Below are positions 1 to 14,904 of a DNA stretch of 64,000 nucleotides, piece by piece. A model generated the notes under the pieces. The model was not told the DNA's origin. It was given only the letters and a program-made list of their open reading frames with translations, and did not search any database. Source of the DNA: Octopus sinensis (taxonomy: Eukaryota). The position numbers were made by a program, and so were the translations under genes. Location of the stretch: contig NC_043014.1 in NCBI RefSeq assembly GCF_006345805.1, forward strand, positions 29,078,001 through 29,142,000, read 5' to 3'. How positions within the stretch are numbered: position 1 is the first letter of the stretch; each line of letters starts with the position of its first letter.

Positions 1-49
<49 letters not shown>

Positions 50-84
50 AATAATATATAAATATATGCATATATATTTTTTTT

Positions 85-477
85 CTTTTTACTTGTTTCA
101 GTCATTTGACTGCGGCCATGCTGGTGCACCGCCTTTAATTGAGCAACTCGACCCCAGGACTTATTCTTTTGTAAGCCCAGTACTTATTCTATCGGTCTCT
201 CTTGCCGAACCGCTAAGTAACGGGGACATAAACACACCAGCATCGGTTGTCAAGCAATGCTAGGGGGACAAACACAGACACACAAACACACACGAATATA
301 TATATATATATACATATATACGACGGGCTTCTTTCAGTTTCCGTCTACCAAATCCACTCACAAGGCTTTGGTCGGCCCGAGGCTATAGTAGAAGACACTT
401 GCAAAAGGTGCCACGCAGTGGGACTGAACCCGGAACCATGTGGTTGGTAAACAAGCTACTTACCACACAGCCACTAC
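85..477 (-). mobile_element. SINE family A (tRNA-like head, internal (TA)n(TG)n microsatellite), full length
   Basis: Reverse complement reads head ...TGGCTGTGTGGTAAGTAGC...GGTTCAGTCCC (A/B-box-like), then CCTTTTGCAAGTGTCTT, an internal microsatellite, and tail ACTGAAACAAGTAAAAAG. Near-identical copies occur throughout the window. Confidence 0.85.
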
Positions 478-582
478 AGGACATCAAAAAAACTCTGAAC
501 ACAATGAGAAACGAAAACATAAAAACAAAAACATAGAAACGAACGTTTTTCAAACAACGAAAAAGTTCGTGTCCATGTTTTT

Positions 583-705
583 GAGACCGACAGTATAAGT
601 ACTAGGCTTATAAAGAATAAGTCCTGCAGTGGATTTGTTCGACTAGATGTCTTGCTCCAGCATGGCTGCAGTCAAATGACTGAAACGGATTAAAGAATAA
701 AAGAA
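583..705 (+). mobile_element. SINE A 3' fragment (diverged)
   Basis: GAGACCGA..TAAGTACTAGGCTT..AAGAATAAGTCCT..CCAGCATGGCTGCAGTCAAATGACTGAAAC matches the 3' half of family A. Confidence 0.65.
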
Positions 706-710
706 TATAT

Positions 711-762
<52 letters not shown>

Positions 763-833
763 TATATATATATATATTATATATACAAATAATATACTAT
801 ATATATATTTGTAAGTATATGTATATGTATGTA

Positions 834-3319
<2,486 letters not shown>

Positions 3320-3765
3320 AGAGGTACGTGATACGCCCTTCACAATCCTTTGTAGTGCGACGTGGGACATCAACCCGGGATAGGAAAGTATGCGGAATGC
3401 GAGCCAAATAATAATAAGATATTATTTCAGAAAACAGGTGTGGTATTCAATGCGTTATAGAACAGACACTCATTTCTCAAAATGGTGCAATAATTGCATA
3501 GCAGATATAAATACAAAAACAGTCTTATGTTCGGTAAATATATAGTATGTATTGTGGAATACTAATGAGGTCAAGTGCAATATTTCATAATGTTCCTACA
3601 AATGTTATGTAATAATTACATGCATTTTAATGAAACCAGCGTACGTTCATGAAAGCATTCAACACCATATTTCTTTTGTGTGTATATATACATACATATA
3701 TGCGTGTGGCTTGGTGCGTGTATTTGTGTGCATACATATAGATATACATATGTAAATAATATATA

Positions 3766-3796
<31 letters not shown>

Positions 3797-4120
3797 ATAA
3801 AATATATATATATATTATATATATATATATATATTATATATATATGTATGTATGTATGTATGTATAGTTATATATGCACACGCACACACACATATACATA
3901 TATATACCTCCATGTATATATAAGTGTGTGTGTATTTATGTCAACATATTTATATATGTGTGCAAATGTACGCATAAATACACATATACGTTTGTATTGT
4001 TAAGTGTGCATTTATGTAGAAACTCTTATAAAGACAGACAAGCACAAGAGCTGATTTTTAAATGTTTTAGGTCGCGACCAAATTTTGGGCATTTATCATA
4101 TTCCTAAAGTTGTCATAGTT

Positions 4121-4165
<45 letters not shown>

Positions 4166-4569
4166 TGTACACACACACACACACAACTAAACAGTTCAGT
4201 CATGTTAATTTTGTTTGGTGTCACTATCAGATCCTGTTATTTTTCTTGTTTTTTTTTTACTCCTGTCAACAATCAGAACTAACATACCAGCTTCCTCAGT
4301 CAACCATTTCTTTCTTTCTTTTTTTTCTTTTTTTTCTATCTTTCTTTCTGTCGCGTATTTTTTAAATATATATTTGTTCAGGTGTCAACAGTTATTAAAT
4401 AAGTAACTCGATATGTGAGTGTATATGTGTACATACATACATCCATCCATCCATCTATACATACATACATACATACATACATACATACATACATACATGC
4501 ATACATACATACATACATACATACGTACATATATTCATACATATGTGTGTATATATATATATTCATACA

Positions 4570-4656
<87 letters not shown>

Positions 4657-5294
4657 ATGTGTGTATGTGGTATATATATATATATATACATCTATATATA
4701 TATGTATGTATGTATATATTATATATATATATATATATATCTGAATGTGGTTGTTTGTGCGTATTGTGTAACTGTTTTTGTCTGACTGGATGTGTCTGTA
4801 TATGTGTATACATACATACATACATACATACATACATACATACAAACATACATACATATATATATATATATTATATATATATATATATATACATGCACAC
4901 ATATCTGTGCATATTTATACGAGTATCTATTCTTCTGTATCTATGCACCACCCTTCTGTAGATGTACCCTCAGCACACTTTCAAGTCACCCACCTATATT
5001 TGTATTTGGCTGTATATGTTTACACACTAACAGTCATACAAACATCCATCCATACGTACATTACTACATACATATATACATACACACAAACACACACAAA
5101 CACGCACGTGCGCGCACGCACACACACGTATATATATATATATATATACATACATGTATATACATATCTATATGAGTGTGTATAAGTGTGTGTGTGCATG
5201 TGTGTGTGTGCATGTGTGTGTTTCGTATATACGTATGGATTTGTATCGTATTCGTGGAATGCACGGCTTGCGCTTTCATCGTCTGTGCTATCCA

Positions 5295-5422
5295 GGCGCA
5301 GGAGTTGCTGTGTGGTAAGTAGCTTGCTTACCAACCACATGGTCCCGGGTTCTGTCCTGCTGCGTAGCTTTGTGGGTGGATTTGGTAGACGGAAACTGGA
5401 AGAAGCCCGTCGTATATGTATG

Positions 5423-5502
<80 letters not shown>

Positions 5503-5752
5503 GAGTATATATGTATATGTATATGTATGTGCGTGTATATGTTTGTGTGCCTATTTTGTACTCCCAGCATCGCTTGACAACCGATGTTGGTGTGTTTACG
5601 TTCCCGTAACTTAGTGGTTCGGCAAAAGAGACCGATAGAATAAGTACTTGGCTTACAAAGAATAAGCTCTGGGGTCGATTTGCTCGACTATAAAGGCGGG
5701 GCTCCAGTATGGCCGCAGTCAAATGACTGAAACAAGTAAAAGAGTAAAGAGA
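5295..5752 (+). mobile_element. SINE A, full length
   Basis: GGCGCAGGAGTTGCTGTGTGGTAAGTAGC head, internal (TA)/(TG) tract, ...GACTGAAACAAGTAAAAGAGTAAAG tail. Confidence 0.88.
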
Positions 5753-6149
5753 GTATATACGAATCATCTGTCCTGCTGGTGATCTTAATAATATTCCATT
5801 CTTGTACACATTTTGTATTGCTGCAGATGTCTTTTTGTAACTGCCACCGAGAGCTGTGAAGGCTATGGTGATAGCCCTTACTTCGAGATCAAAGAATTAA
5901 AAATGCCGTTTGCCTTTCAATGATCTTTGCTTGTACCTTGTAAGATAATAACAATGTGTGACAAAATTTTAAATTTTTTATCTGTCTTTGGCCAGTAAAT
6001 GTTATTTCCTATTAATTCTACCTAAAAATCTAAGGAAATGACAACTCAAACTTTACTTTTGTGATCAGGACATCTGTTTTGAAACTGACCTGATTTCCAT
6101 TACACTTCAGACAGATTCAGTACTGATTTGCTGAGGCAGAAATATCGTT

Positions 6150-6325
6150 ATAGCAAAAATTCTGTTCAACACCACAGATTTACTTGTCAATTGCTTGACC
6201 TTGATCACTTGGGCGTGTCCCTTAATGGCTGACAATATATGCATCTCTGATGATGAGCAGGAGTAGTGGGGAAGCATCATAGCTATGTGTTCGGAGGAAT
6301 TGCTTTGGAATTTGAATATATGTAA
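6150..6325 (+). mobile_element. Diverged fragment of element F
   Basis: ACCACAGATTT.CTTGTCA...GTCCCTTA.TGGCTGAC.ATAT.TGCATCTCTGAT...GTAGTGGGG..GCATCATAGC matches 13440-13580. Confidence 0.6.
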
Positions 6326-6352
6326 CAAAAGCAAAGTTTAAAGGAAATATTA

Positions 6353-6774
6353 GCGTAGGAGAGACTGTGTGGTAAGTAGCTTGCTTATCAACCACATGGT
6401 TCCGGGTTCAATCCCACTGCGTGGCACATTAGCCAAGTGTCTTCTACTATAGCCTCGGGCCAACCTAAGCCTTGTGAGTGGATTTGGTAGACGGAAACTG
6501 AAAGAAGCCCATCGTATATATGTATATATTTATATATATGTATGTGTGTGTATATGTTTGTGTGTCTGTGTTTGTCCCCCCAACATCGCTTGACAACCGA
6601 TGATGGTGTGTTTACGTCCCCGTCACTTAGCGGTTCGGCAAAAGACACCGATAAAATAAGTGCTTGGCTTACAAAGAATAAATCCTGGGGTCGATTTGCT
6701 CAACTAAAGGCGGTACTCCAGCATGGCCACAGTCAAATGACCGAAATAAGTAAAAGAGTAAAGAGTAAAAGAGT
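6353..6774 (+). mobile_element. SINE A, full length
   Basis: Head with GGTTCAATCCC B-box, short internal microsatellite, (AAAGAGT)n tail. Confidence 0.88.
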
Positions 6775-7158
6775 ATTTTTCATACTTTGTAGAGGTAAGC
6801 ATAATCGAAATAACAGTTGTTAACCAAGGACTAAAATCATGAAAGACAGTGTAATCGACGAAACAAGATTACAAAAAGTGATATTAGTATTTTTTTTTAA
6901 TGTATAAATTTAGATAGAAAGAAAGATTGAAAAAGAAAGAAAGAGATAGAGGGCAGATGGGGAGAGAGAGTCCCTAGTACGTTTGAACATTTGACAAAAT
7001 ATTCTCCACTTCCTCCAAAAAAAAAAATTAAAACCATCCAACACATTATGTGTCTTTATCTTCGAGCTTGTATAAGTTCTTTACAGGTTCTACCGTCACT
7101 ACAAGGCTGATGGTCTTAGAAAGCTTGTGGTGTTGTACTATGTTGTCTTTTTCTATAA

Positions 7159-8115
7159 GGCGGTGAGCTGGCAGAATCGTTAGCACGCCGGGCGAAATGC
7201 TTAGCGGTATTTTGTCTGCCGTTACGTTCTGAGTTCAAAATCCGCCGAGGTCGACTTTGCCTTTCATCCTTTCGGGGTCGATAAATTACGTACCTGTTAC
7301 GCACTGGGGTCGATGAAATCGACTTAATCCGTTTGTCTGTCCTTGTTTGTGCTCTCTGTGTTTAGCCCCTTGCGGGTAGTAAAGAAATAGGTATTTCGTC
7401 TGCCGTTACGTTCTGAGTTCAAATTCCGCCGAGGTCGACTTTGCCTTTCATCCTTTCGGGGTCGATATATTAAGTACCGGTTACGCACTGGGGTCGATGT
7501 AATCGACTTAATCCGTTTGTCTGTCCTTGTTTGTCCTCTCTGTGTTTAGCCCCTTGTGGATAGTAAAGAAATTGGTATTTCGCATGCTGCTACGTTCTGG
7601 GTTCAAATTCCGCCGAGGTCGACTTTGCGTTTCATCCTTTCAGGGTCGATTAAATAAGTACCAGTTACGCACTGGGATCGATATAATCGATTTAATCCGT
7701 TTGTCTGTCCTTGTTTGCCTTCTCTGTGTTTAGCCCCTTGTGAGTAGTAAAGAAATAGAAATAGGTATTTCGTCTGCCGCTACGTTCTGTGTTCAAATTC
7801 CGCCGAAGTTGACTTTGCCTTTTATCCTTTCGCGGTCGATAAATTAACTATCAGTTGCGTACTGAGGTCGATCTAATCGACTAGCCCCCTCCTCAAAAAT
7901 TCCGGGCCTTATGCCTAGTGTAGAAAAGAATCGTTAGCACGCCGAACGAAATGCTTAGCAGCATTTCGTCCGTCATTACGTTTTGAATTCAAATTCCGCC
8001 GAGGTCAGTTTCACCTTTCGTCATTTCGAGATCGATAAAATAAGTACCACTCAAGCACAGGTCGATCTAATTGAATTATCCCTCCCCCTAAATTACTGAC
8101 TTTGTACCAAAAGCT
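7159..8115 (+). mobile_element. SINE family B carrying three tandem ~184-bp internal units (B'), followed by a second diverged B copy
   Basis: Head GGCGGTGAGCTGGCAGAATCG; units 7206-7389, 7390-7573 and 7574-7763 each start GGTATTT and contain B-box-like G(A/G)GTTCAAA(T/A)TCC; normal B tail ...GCCTAGTGTAGAAAAG at ~7928. Confidence 0.88.
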
Positions 8116-8159
8116 TGAAAGCAATCGCCTCTCTTTTTTTAACAGTGTTAAATGTTGAA

Positions 8160-8312
8160 CTAGGAATCCACATGGTTTCAGGTTCAATCCCATTGTGTGG
8201 ATCTTTGGGCAAGTATCTTCTGCTATAGCTCCGGATCTAAGCCTTGTGAATGGATTCGGCTGACTAAAGCAGAAAGAAGGGGTTGTATACACACACACAC
8301 ACATACACAAAC

Positions 8313-8343
<31 letters not shown>

Positions 8344-8606
8344 TACATATACACACACAGACATATTATTATGCGTGTGTGTGTTTGTATTTGTGCTTGT
8401 CTCCCCACTACCGCTTGACAACTGTTTGTTGGTTCGTTTAAGTTTCCGTAACTTAGCGGATCGACAGAAAGGAGCCAACAGAATAAGTATCAGGCTTAGA
8501 AAAAAAAAGAAGTACTGAGGTTGATTTGTTTGACTAAACGCTACAATGTGGTACCACCGCATGGCCGCAGTCTAATGACTGAAACAAGTAAAAGGTAAAA
8601 GATAAA
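8160..8606 (+). mobile_element. SINE A, older variant
   Basis: CCACATGGTTTCAGGTTCAATCCC...TTGGGCAAGTATCTTCTGCTATAGC...GCATGGCCGCAGTCTAATGACTGAAACAAGTAAAAG. Confidence 0.75.
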
Positions 8607-9358
8607 ACACTATCGTGGCTGAATTTAAAGCACATTGGCAAGAAGGTCTTTTTTTTTCTTTTACCTACTTTTGTTGAAAAGGTACAGACTTTTCCAATCT
8701 ATTCCTTAAGTGTTCAATGCACCCAAGAGCACGGATTACAATGGGTAAAATGTAATTTTCATAATCTCAGAAGTGACATTGTAACTTTCCAAGCGATTTC
8801 CCATAAATACTTTCCCTCTTCTAATTTTAAATGAAATGCTTACATTTACTGGGCACTATGCATTACAGTGAATAACTTTTGCTACTGTCACGAACGACTG
8901 TACCAGGCCTGCTGCGTTTGGGTTTGGTAGGATGTCTTACTAATAGGATGTACGATGGATTGCATAGAGTTATTTAACAGCAGAAATAAAAGATGCTCCA
9001 GAATTAACTATCTATTTCAATGAAATCGGACACTTTTTTAAACAATGACATTTATATTTATCGTGTTTAATATGTGTTAGAGGTGTATAAATATGTTTTT
9101 AGTTTATAATTTTATAATTTTTTTTTATATAATTTTATTTTCATCCTTGTTGGATCTAAGACAGCTTTTTTTTTTTTTTGAATTTGGCTATAATTATTTT
9201 CTCTTCTTCCATCCCCAGAATGGAGAAATAGTTTAGCTGAATTTAAAGAACGCATTCAGTTAGTAAATGAAGGAGATAACTACTGAAATTCTTCAAAATG
9301 TGCTTAGTAATACTAAGGATAGATTTGAAATTTGCAGGGATATAGACGGAGCACATCT

Positions 9359-9760
9359 CTCTTTTACTCTTTTACTTGTTTCAGTCATCTGACTGCGGCC
9401 ATGCTGGAGCACCACCTTTTTAGTCGAGCAAATCAACTCCAAGACTCATTCTTTGTAATAAGCCTAGTACTTATTCTATCGGTCTCTTTTTGCCGAACCG
9501 CTAAGTTACGGGGACGTAAACACACCAGCATCGGTTGTCAAGCGATGTTGGGGGAACAAACACAGACACACAAACATATACACATACATATATATACGAT
9601 GGGCTTCTTTCAGTTTCCGTCTACCAAATCCACTCACAAGGCTTTGGTCGGCCCGAGGCTATAGTAGAAGACACTTGCCCAAGGTGCTACGCAGTGGGAC
9701 TGAACCCAGAACTATGTGGTTCGTAAGCAAGCTACTTACCACACAGCCACTCCTACGCCT
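9359..9760 (-). mobile_element. SINE A, full length
   Basis: Reverse complement of the family A consensus from AGGCGTAGGAGTGG to GTAAAAGAGTAAAAG. Confidence 0.88.
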
Positions 9761-10133
9761 ATGTTGAAAATTTTCATTAAAGATTTATAAATCTATTTGT
9801 TTTGGTATCATAATTAAGTAATAAACTTAAATTCAGTTATTTAAAATTCAGTTATTTAAAAAAAAAATCCCGATTTCATTGAATTAGGTAGTTAAAGGAG
9901 GAACACCGTGTATATATTTATATTTGTTTTATTCCTGATAGTATTTTAAATCTAGCATTCTATTTGGTTTTAAAAACAAAATTTTACTGCATAAGAAAGC
10001 AATTCTTTGATAGCATTTTGGGAGCGATTTCTGACAATATGTAACATTATCGTTCACTTCTTGGGATTTTAAGAGTTCTGGGTCATTCTTCTTCTGTTTT
10101 ACTCTTTCATTTTTTTTTTGAGCATGTGTTTAA

Positions 10134-10303
10134 CAGGGGCATATATTCCGGGGTGTACTAGGTGTGCGCTGCACACCCATCAAAAATGGCAAATTTATTA
10201 TAAATAATTAACGTTACTCATTAATTAAATCAGAAATCTACATGGAAAACTTTTGTTATACCCCTGATTGAAGTTTGGTGGCAACAACCACCATACGCCA
10301 CTG
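10134..10303. mobile_element. Possible hAT-type MITE
   Basis: Termini CAGGGGCATA / TACGCCACTG (8/10 inverted match); 8-bp flanks GTGTTTAA / GTGCTTTG may be a decayed TSD. Confidence 0.4.
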
Positions 10304-10526
10304 GTGCTTTGTACTTACGTCTTGCCCATGCTTGTAAAGCCTAAACGTTTGAAGTGTAACATAATGTAACATTCATAAGCCCAAGAAAAGCTATATACTA
10401 CTTGACAATAATGGTATTAATGTATGTATATATGTACCTTTGCGTGGATTTATAAAGATACGAACGTTTGCGTGTGTCTATATAACCCTATCACTGCTCT
10501 CTCCCCTCCCTGTTGCCTTCTCTAAA

Positions 10527-10588
<62 letters not shown>

Positions 10589-11049
10589 ATTTATCTAATA
10601 TATCATATACACACACATACACACACACACACACAACATACACACACACTTATATATATATATATATATGTGTGTGTGTATGTATATATGTATATTTATA
10701 GCTATATGTACATATATATTTATATTGACGTGTGTGTGTGTGTATCCCACCTAGCCGATGGGAAGCTTTAGTGAAATTTACAATTGCAAGAGTTTCGAAT
10801 GCCTACCTCGCAGCATAATGGTAGTCTGTACTCTCCACTTTATGTTAAAAAAATAATACTAAATCTATTCCCTTTCTCTCCTTCAATATACAAAGGCTCC
10901 TGCCCAATGTACCTTCCATACATCACTTGCTTCCTTCGAGACAAATATAATCTCTCATGTAACGTAATGTATTTCTGCTATATTCTATACATAAGCTTCA
11001 CACTGTACAATGATTAATGTAGATTTAACCCTTCTTGTCACTTTCTGTT

Positions 11050-12060
11050 CTGGATATCAATACCGAAGACATCCCAGTTAACCTTGTTCAAAGTTTCACC
11101 ACCCTTACCTTATTTCTCTAAATACAACTATTTCTTCTACCGCTTTCCGAATTCCTCCAACCACCAATAGCTCTTCGTCTGTATTTTTTAACAACATAAA
11201 AGACATTTTCCCCATTTGATTTCTCTAGAGTCTTTGCCCTCTATGATTTGAAAGTTTGCAACTCTTCTTGGTTTTCACATTCCTTCCATATTGATGACTG
11301 ACGTTCGAACCCAATCTTTTGCAGTTCTCTGCCTCATCGCGCCACTCATCACACATCCACAAAAACGCGACCTCCTACTCCACCTTTCGGCCCTTATGCC
11401 ACTTCAAATCAGCTGACTACTCGGAGATCTGCCAGTGTTATGACCATACTTGGTTGTACAAGTGCTTCATACATGACCAGTCAGAAACAGCTTGATCGGT
11501 GAGTAAAGCATTTCATTTTTACGCATGTCTAACGACATCTCTCTTGCATTCGAAAACTCTTAGTATCAATTCTTGAAAGTGAGTTTGCTGCAAATTCACG
11601 CCTTAAGACTTCTTGAGCAAACTACTCCCTCTTACAAAGTAGCTTGATTAAACTCAAGCATAAGACTATCATCCAAAATTCTAAAAATCTCTCTATACGT
11701 CGTACTGTCAAGCGAAATACTTCTACTTTTCAAATTATAGTTCATTTTTCTCAGAAGCACTTCTGCCTCATTTTGCAGAATTCTTTCGTTTTATTTTCTT
11801 AAATGTGATAGTCCTGTAAGCAATATACCACGGAAGAAGCTTCCACAACTGTTACCCTTTTTTTCATACAGCTCTACACAGCGCATACAACATAAATCTT
11901 CTCCAAAACTATATCTTTTCACCCCAGCATGCTGACCACTATGTATGCACATGCTCTAAGTATAAAGACACTTCCAGTCTCTTTAAATTATTAAGGCTAA
12001 TAAATGTTCTTTTCATTATCCCAAATTATTTTCTGCGGTCCTAGCCTTACCCTCGTCAAT
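11050..12060 (-). pseudogene. Heavily decayed non-LTR retrotransposon RT C-terminal region (clade uncertain)
   Basis: Non-repetitive sequence with scattered minus-strand peptide remnants (MYEALVQPSM.., GIMKRTF); many stops and frameshifts. Confidence 0.3.
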
Positions 12061-12120
12061 CTGCTCAGTCTCTGTCGCTTTGTCTATCTCTCTCCCTTCC
12101 TCTCTCTCACCTTCCATACC

Positions 12121-12280
12121 GGCGCAGGAGTGGCTCTGTGGTAAGTAGCTGGCTTACCAGCCACATGGTTCCGGGTTCAGTCCCACTGCGTGGCACCTTG
12201 AACAAGTGTCTTCTACTATAGCCTCGGGCCGACCAGCATGGCCACAGTCAAGTAACTGAAACAAATAAAAGAACTAAAAG
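12121..12280 (+). mobile_element. SINE A with large internal deletion
   Basis: Intact head to GGGCCGACC joined directly to AGCATGGCC of the tail (CCA microhomology). Confidence 0.82.
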
Positions 12281-12720
12281 TTAAATAGTAGAATAAGTAG
12301 AAGAGAAAATATTTAATATTAAGTAATGAGGCAAGGAAAAGAGGACAATTATTCAGTGATTAAGTTCCGAGACGCTCAGGCTGCCTCGGTTAAGGCCACA
12401 TGATATGAAATTCCTGCGTCGTAAGATGAGAAGAAAAACCAAATTTCCCAGCTGCCAGGTTTGATCGAGTGAGGGAATCAGTTTCCCATGCGCTGATACA
12501 AAAAGCATTAGATATTGTATTCCACAATGTGAGGGAACATCTGGCGGTACTTGGATTGTCAAGAAGTAATTCAAGGCCCTATGGCAGGTATTGGACATAA
12601 GCGTTTATTTTTTTGCAAGAGGGGAAAAAAGGACAACTCATGTGGGCGAAAGTGGAGTCTAAGTTTTTCAATCGAGGTGAACTTGAAGAAAGTGTGCCTC
12701 TTAGCCAAGTTATAATAACG

Positions 12721-12924
12721 GTTTCAAATTTTGGCACCAGGCCAGCAAATTCAGGAAGATTACATTTACCTCAGTGCTCAAATAGTATTTATTTTATCAA
12801 CCACGAGACGATGAGAGGCAAAATCGACCTTGGCGGAATTTGAACTCAGAATATAAAGACGGATGAAATACTGCTAAGCATTTTGCTCAACATACTAACG
12901 ATTCTGCAAGCTCACCCCCTTAAT
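12721..12924 (-). mobile_element. SINE B, diverged
   Basis: Reverse complement contains GAGCTTGCAGAATCGTTAG and GAGTTCAAATTCCGCC, with tail GCTGGCCTGGTGCCAAAATTTGAAACC. Confidence 0.75.
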
Positions 12925-13080
12925 AATCCTTTCTATTATAGGCACAAGGCCTGAAATTTGTGGGGAGGCGGTAAATCGATCACATCGACCCTAGTACACG
13001 ACCATATTATTATTATTATTATTATTATTGTTGTTGTTGTTGTTGTTAATAAAAAAAAATAATAATAATAAAAGTGATAA

Positions 13081-13231
13081 TCTTTTCTACTAGGCCCGAA
13101 ATTTGGGGGGAGGGGGACAGTCGATCAAATCAACCCCAGTACGCAACTGGTGCCTAATTGCGTACAGGAGTCGATCTAATCGACAGGGCCCCTCCCCCAA
13201 AATTTCGGGCTTTGTACCTAGAGTAGAAAAG
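13081..13231. repeat. Palindrome made of two SINE B 3' ends, head-to-head
   Basis: Left arm TCTTTTCTACT..CGCAA (13081-13146) is the reverse complement of TTGCGTAC..GTAGAAAAGA (13158-13231); 11-nt spacer. Confidence 0.8.
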
Positions 13232-13279
13232 ATTATTATTATTATTATCATTATTATTATTAACAACAACAACAACAGC

Positions 13280-13336
<57 letters not shown>

Positions 13337-13337
<1 letters not shown>

Positions 13338-13893
13338 GCCCTGATCCTGTATCAGACAGTGGCTCTCATAGCTTCTGCTCTTTATTGATTGGAAGTGTTA
13401 TCATGTACATTGTTTTGTCTTGGTATAAAAGATGGGCTACAGCAAATATTCTGCTCAATACCACAGATTTGCTTGTCAGTTGTTTGACCGTAACCATTTG
13501 AGCTTGTCCCTTAGTGGCTGACGATATGTGCATCTCTGATCACAAGCAGAAGTAGTGGGGGAGTATCATAGCCATGTGTTGAGAGGGATTCTTTGGGGGT
13601 TTCGATAATTCACCTCTGGAAACATGGGTGTTTCATTCAATTTCCTTAAACAACCCTTATCCAGGGACCTTTTGAGCGGAATGAGTTACTCGACCTAAAA
13701 AAAATTCTAACTGGGCCCCCATCTGGAAGGTCATGCGCTGTTTATCTTGATATGAAATCACCTTGTCACGTACATATGGTTGTGATGCATGTGCCTGGTG
13801 TACCCTTATCAGACGGGTAGTCATGATGGGTATACTAAATTACGTCTATTTTACGCCAGTGTCACTTTGATTGTATGCACTTCTCTCCCATTC
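13337..13893 (+). mobile_element. Element F (~555 bp, unclassified retroposon) flanked on both sides by (AAT)n
   Basis: Colinear homolog in reverse orientation at 25871-26420, also between (AAT)n tracts. Confidence 0.85.
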
Positions 13894-13915
13894 AATAATA
13901 ATAATAATAATAATA

Positions 13916-13945
<30 letters not shown>

Positions 13946-13950
<5 letters not shown>

Positions 13951-14064
13951 TCTACTGAAGTTACAAGGTCTGAATTTTGTGGGGAGGGGACTAATGGATT
14001 ACCGTGTTTCACTGGTACTTAATTTATCGACCCCGAAAGGATGAAAGACAAGTCGACCTCCGCA
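13946..14064 (-). mobile_element. SINE B 3' fragment
   Basis: CTGGTACTTAATTTATCGACCCCGAAAGGATGAAAG..GTCGACCTC. Confidence 0.75.
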
Positions 14065-14065
14065 G

Positions 14066-14226
14066 TGTGTGCGTCCCCGTAACCTAGCGGTTCAGTCTAA
14101 GCAACCGATAAAATAAGTGCTAGGCTTAAACAACGTCTTAGGGTCAATTTGTTCGAGTAAAATCCTTCAACGTGGTTCACCAGCATGGCCGCAGTTAAAT
14201 GACTGTGACAAGTAAAAAAGATAAAA
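14066..14226 (+). mobile_element. SINE A 3' fragment (diverged)
   Basis: GTCCCCGTAACCTAGCGGTTC...CCAGCATGGCCGCAGTTAAATGACTG..ACAAGTAAAA. Confidence 0.7.
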
Positions 14227-14292
14227 AATGTGTGTGCATATATATACACAGAGAAAGAGAGAGAGAGAGAGAGAGCGCGGGAGAGTGAGAGA

Positions 14293-14325
<33 letters not shown>

Positions 14326-14629
14326 TGGGAAGTGAGGGACAGATTAAGATAATGGCTGACATTTCTATCGACGGGAAAAGGAAATGAGTAATTCAAAAGA
14401 AAAGAATAAGAAATTTAAAAACATGTCAAGCTGTACTCCCGCTATTCTTACTTCCGTATCTTTGAATGTCTGTACGTCTGCGCCCGCGCGAACATGTCTA
14501 TGTGCGTGCATGTGTGTGTGTGCGTGTGTGTTTGTCTGTGCACGCATATAAATGTATATGTATGTATATATATATACATATATATATAAACATATATATA
14601 TATATATATATATATATTACATATATATA

Positions 14630-14702
<73 letters not shown>

Positions 14703-14734
14703 TATACACATTTAATATTTATGTGCGTGTTTCT

Positions 14735-14851
14735 ACTGGCTCGGTGGGTGACAAGAAAATTGCTTCCAGCCACATACTTCTGGGTTCAGTCCCACTGCAT
14801 TGCACCTTATGCAAATATCCAACGCGCACGCACACACACACACACACACAC

Positions 14852-14904
<53 letters not shown>

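Noticed and set aside
7206-7763. Regular repeat array resembling CRISPR
   Set aside because: Units are wholly repeated SINE sequence with no unique spacers, in a eukaryotic context
12350-12715. Unique coding-like stretch
   Set aside because: No recognisable peptide or splice pair in any frame
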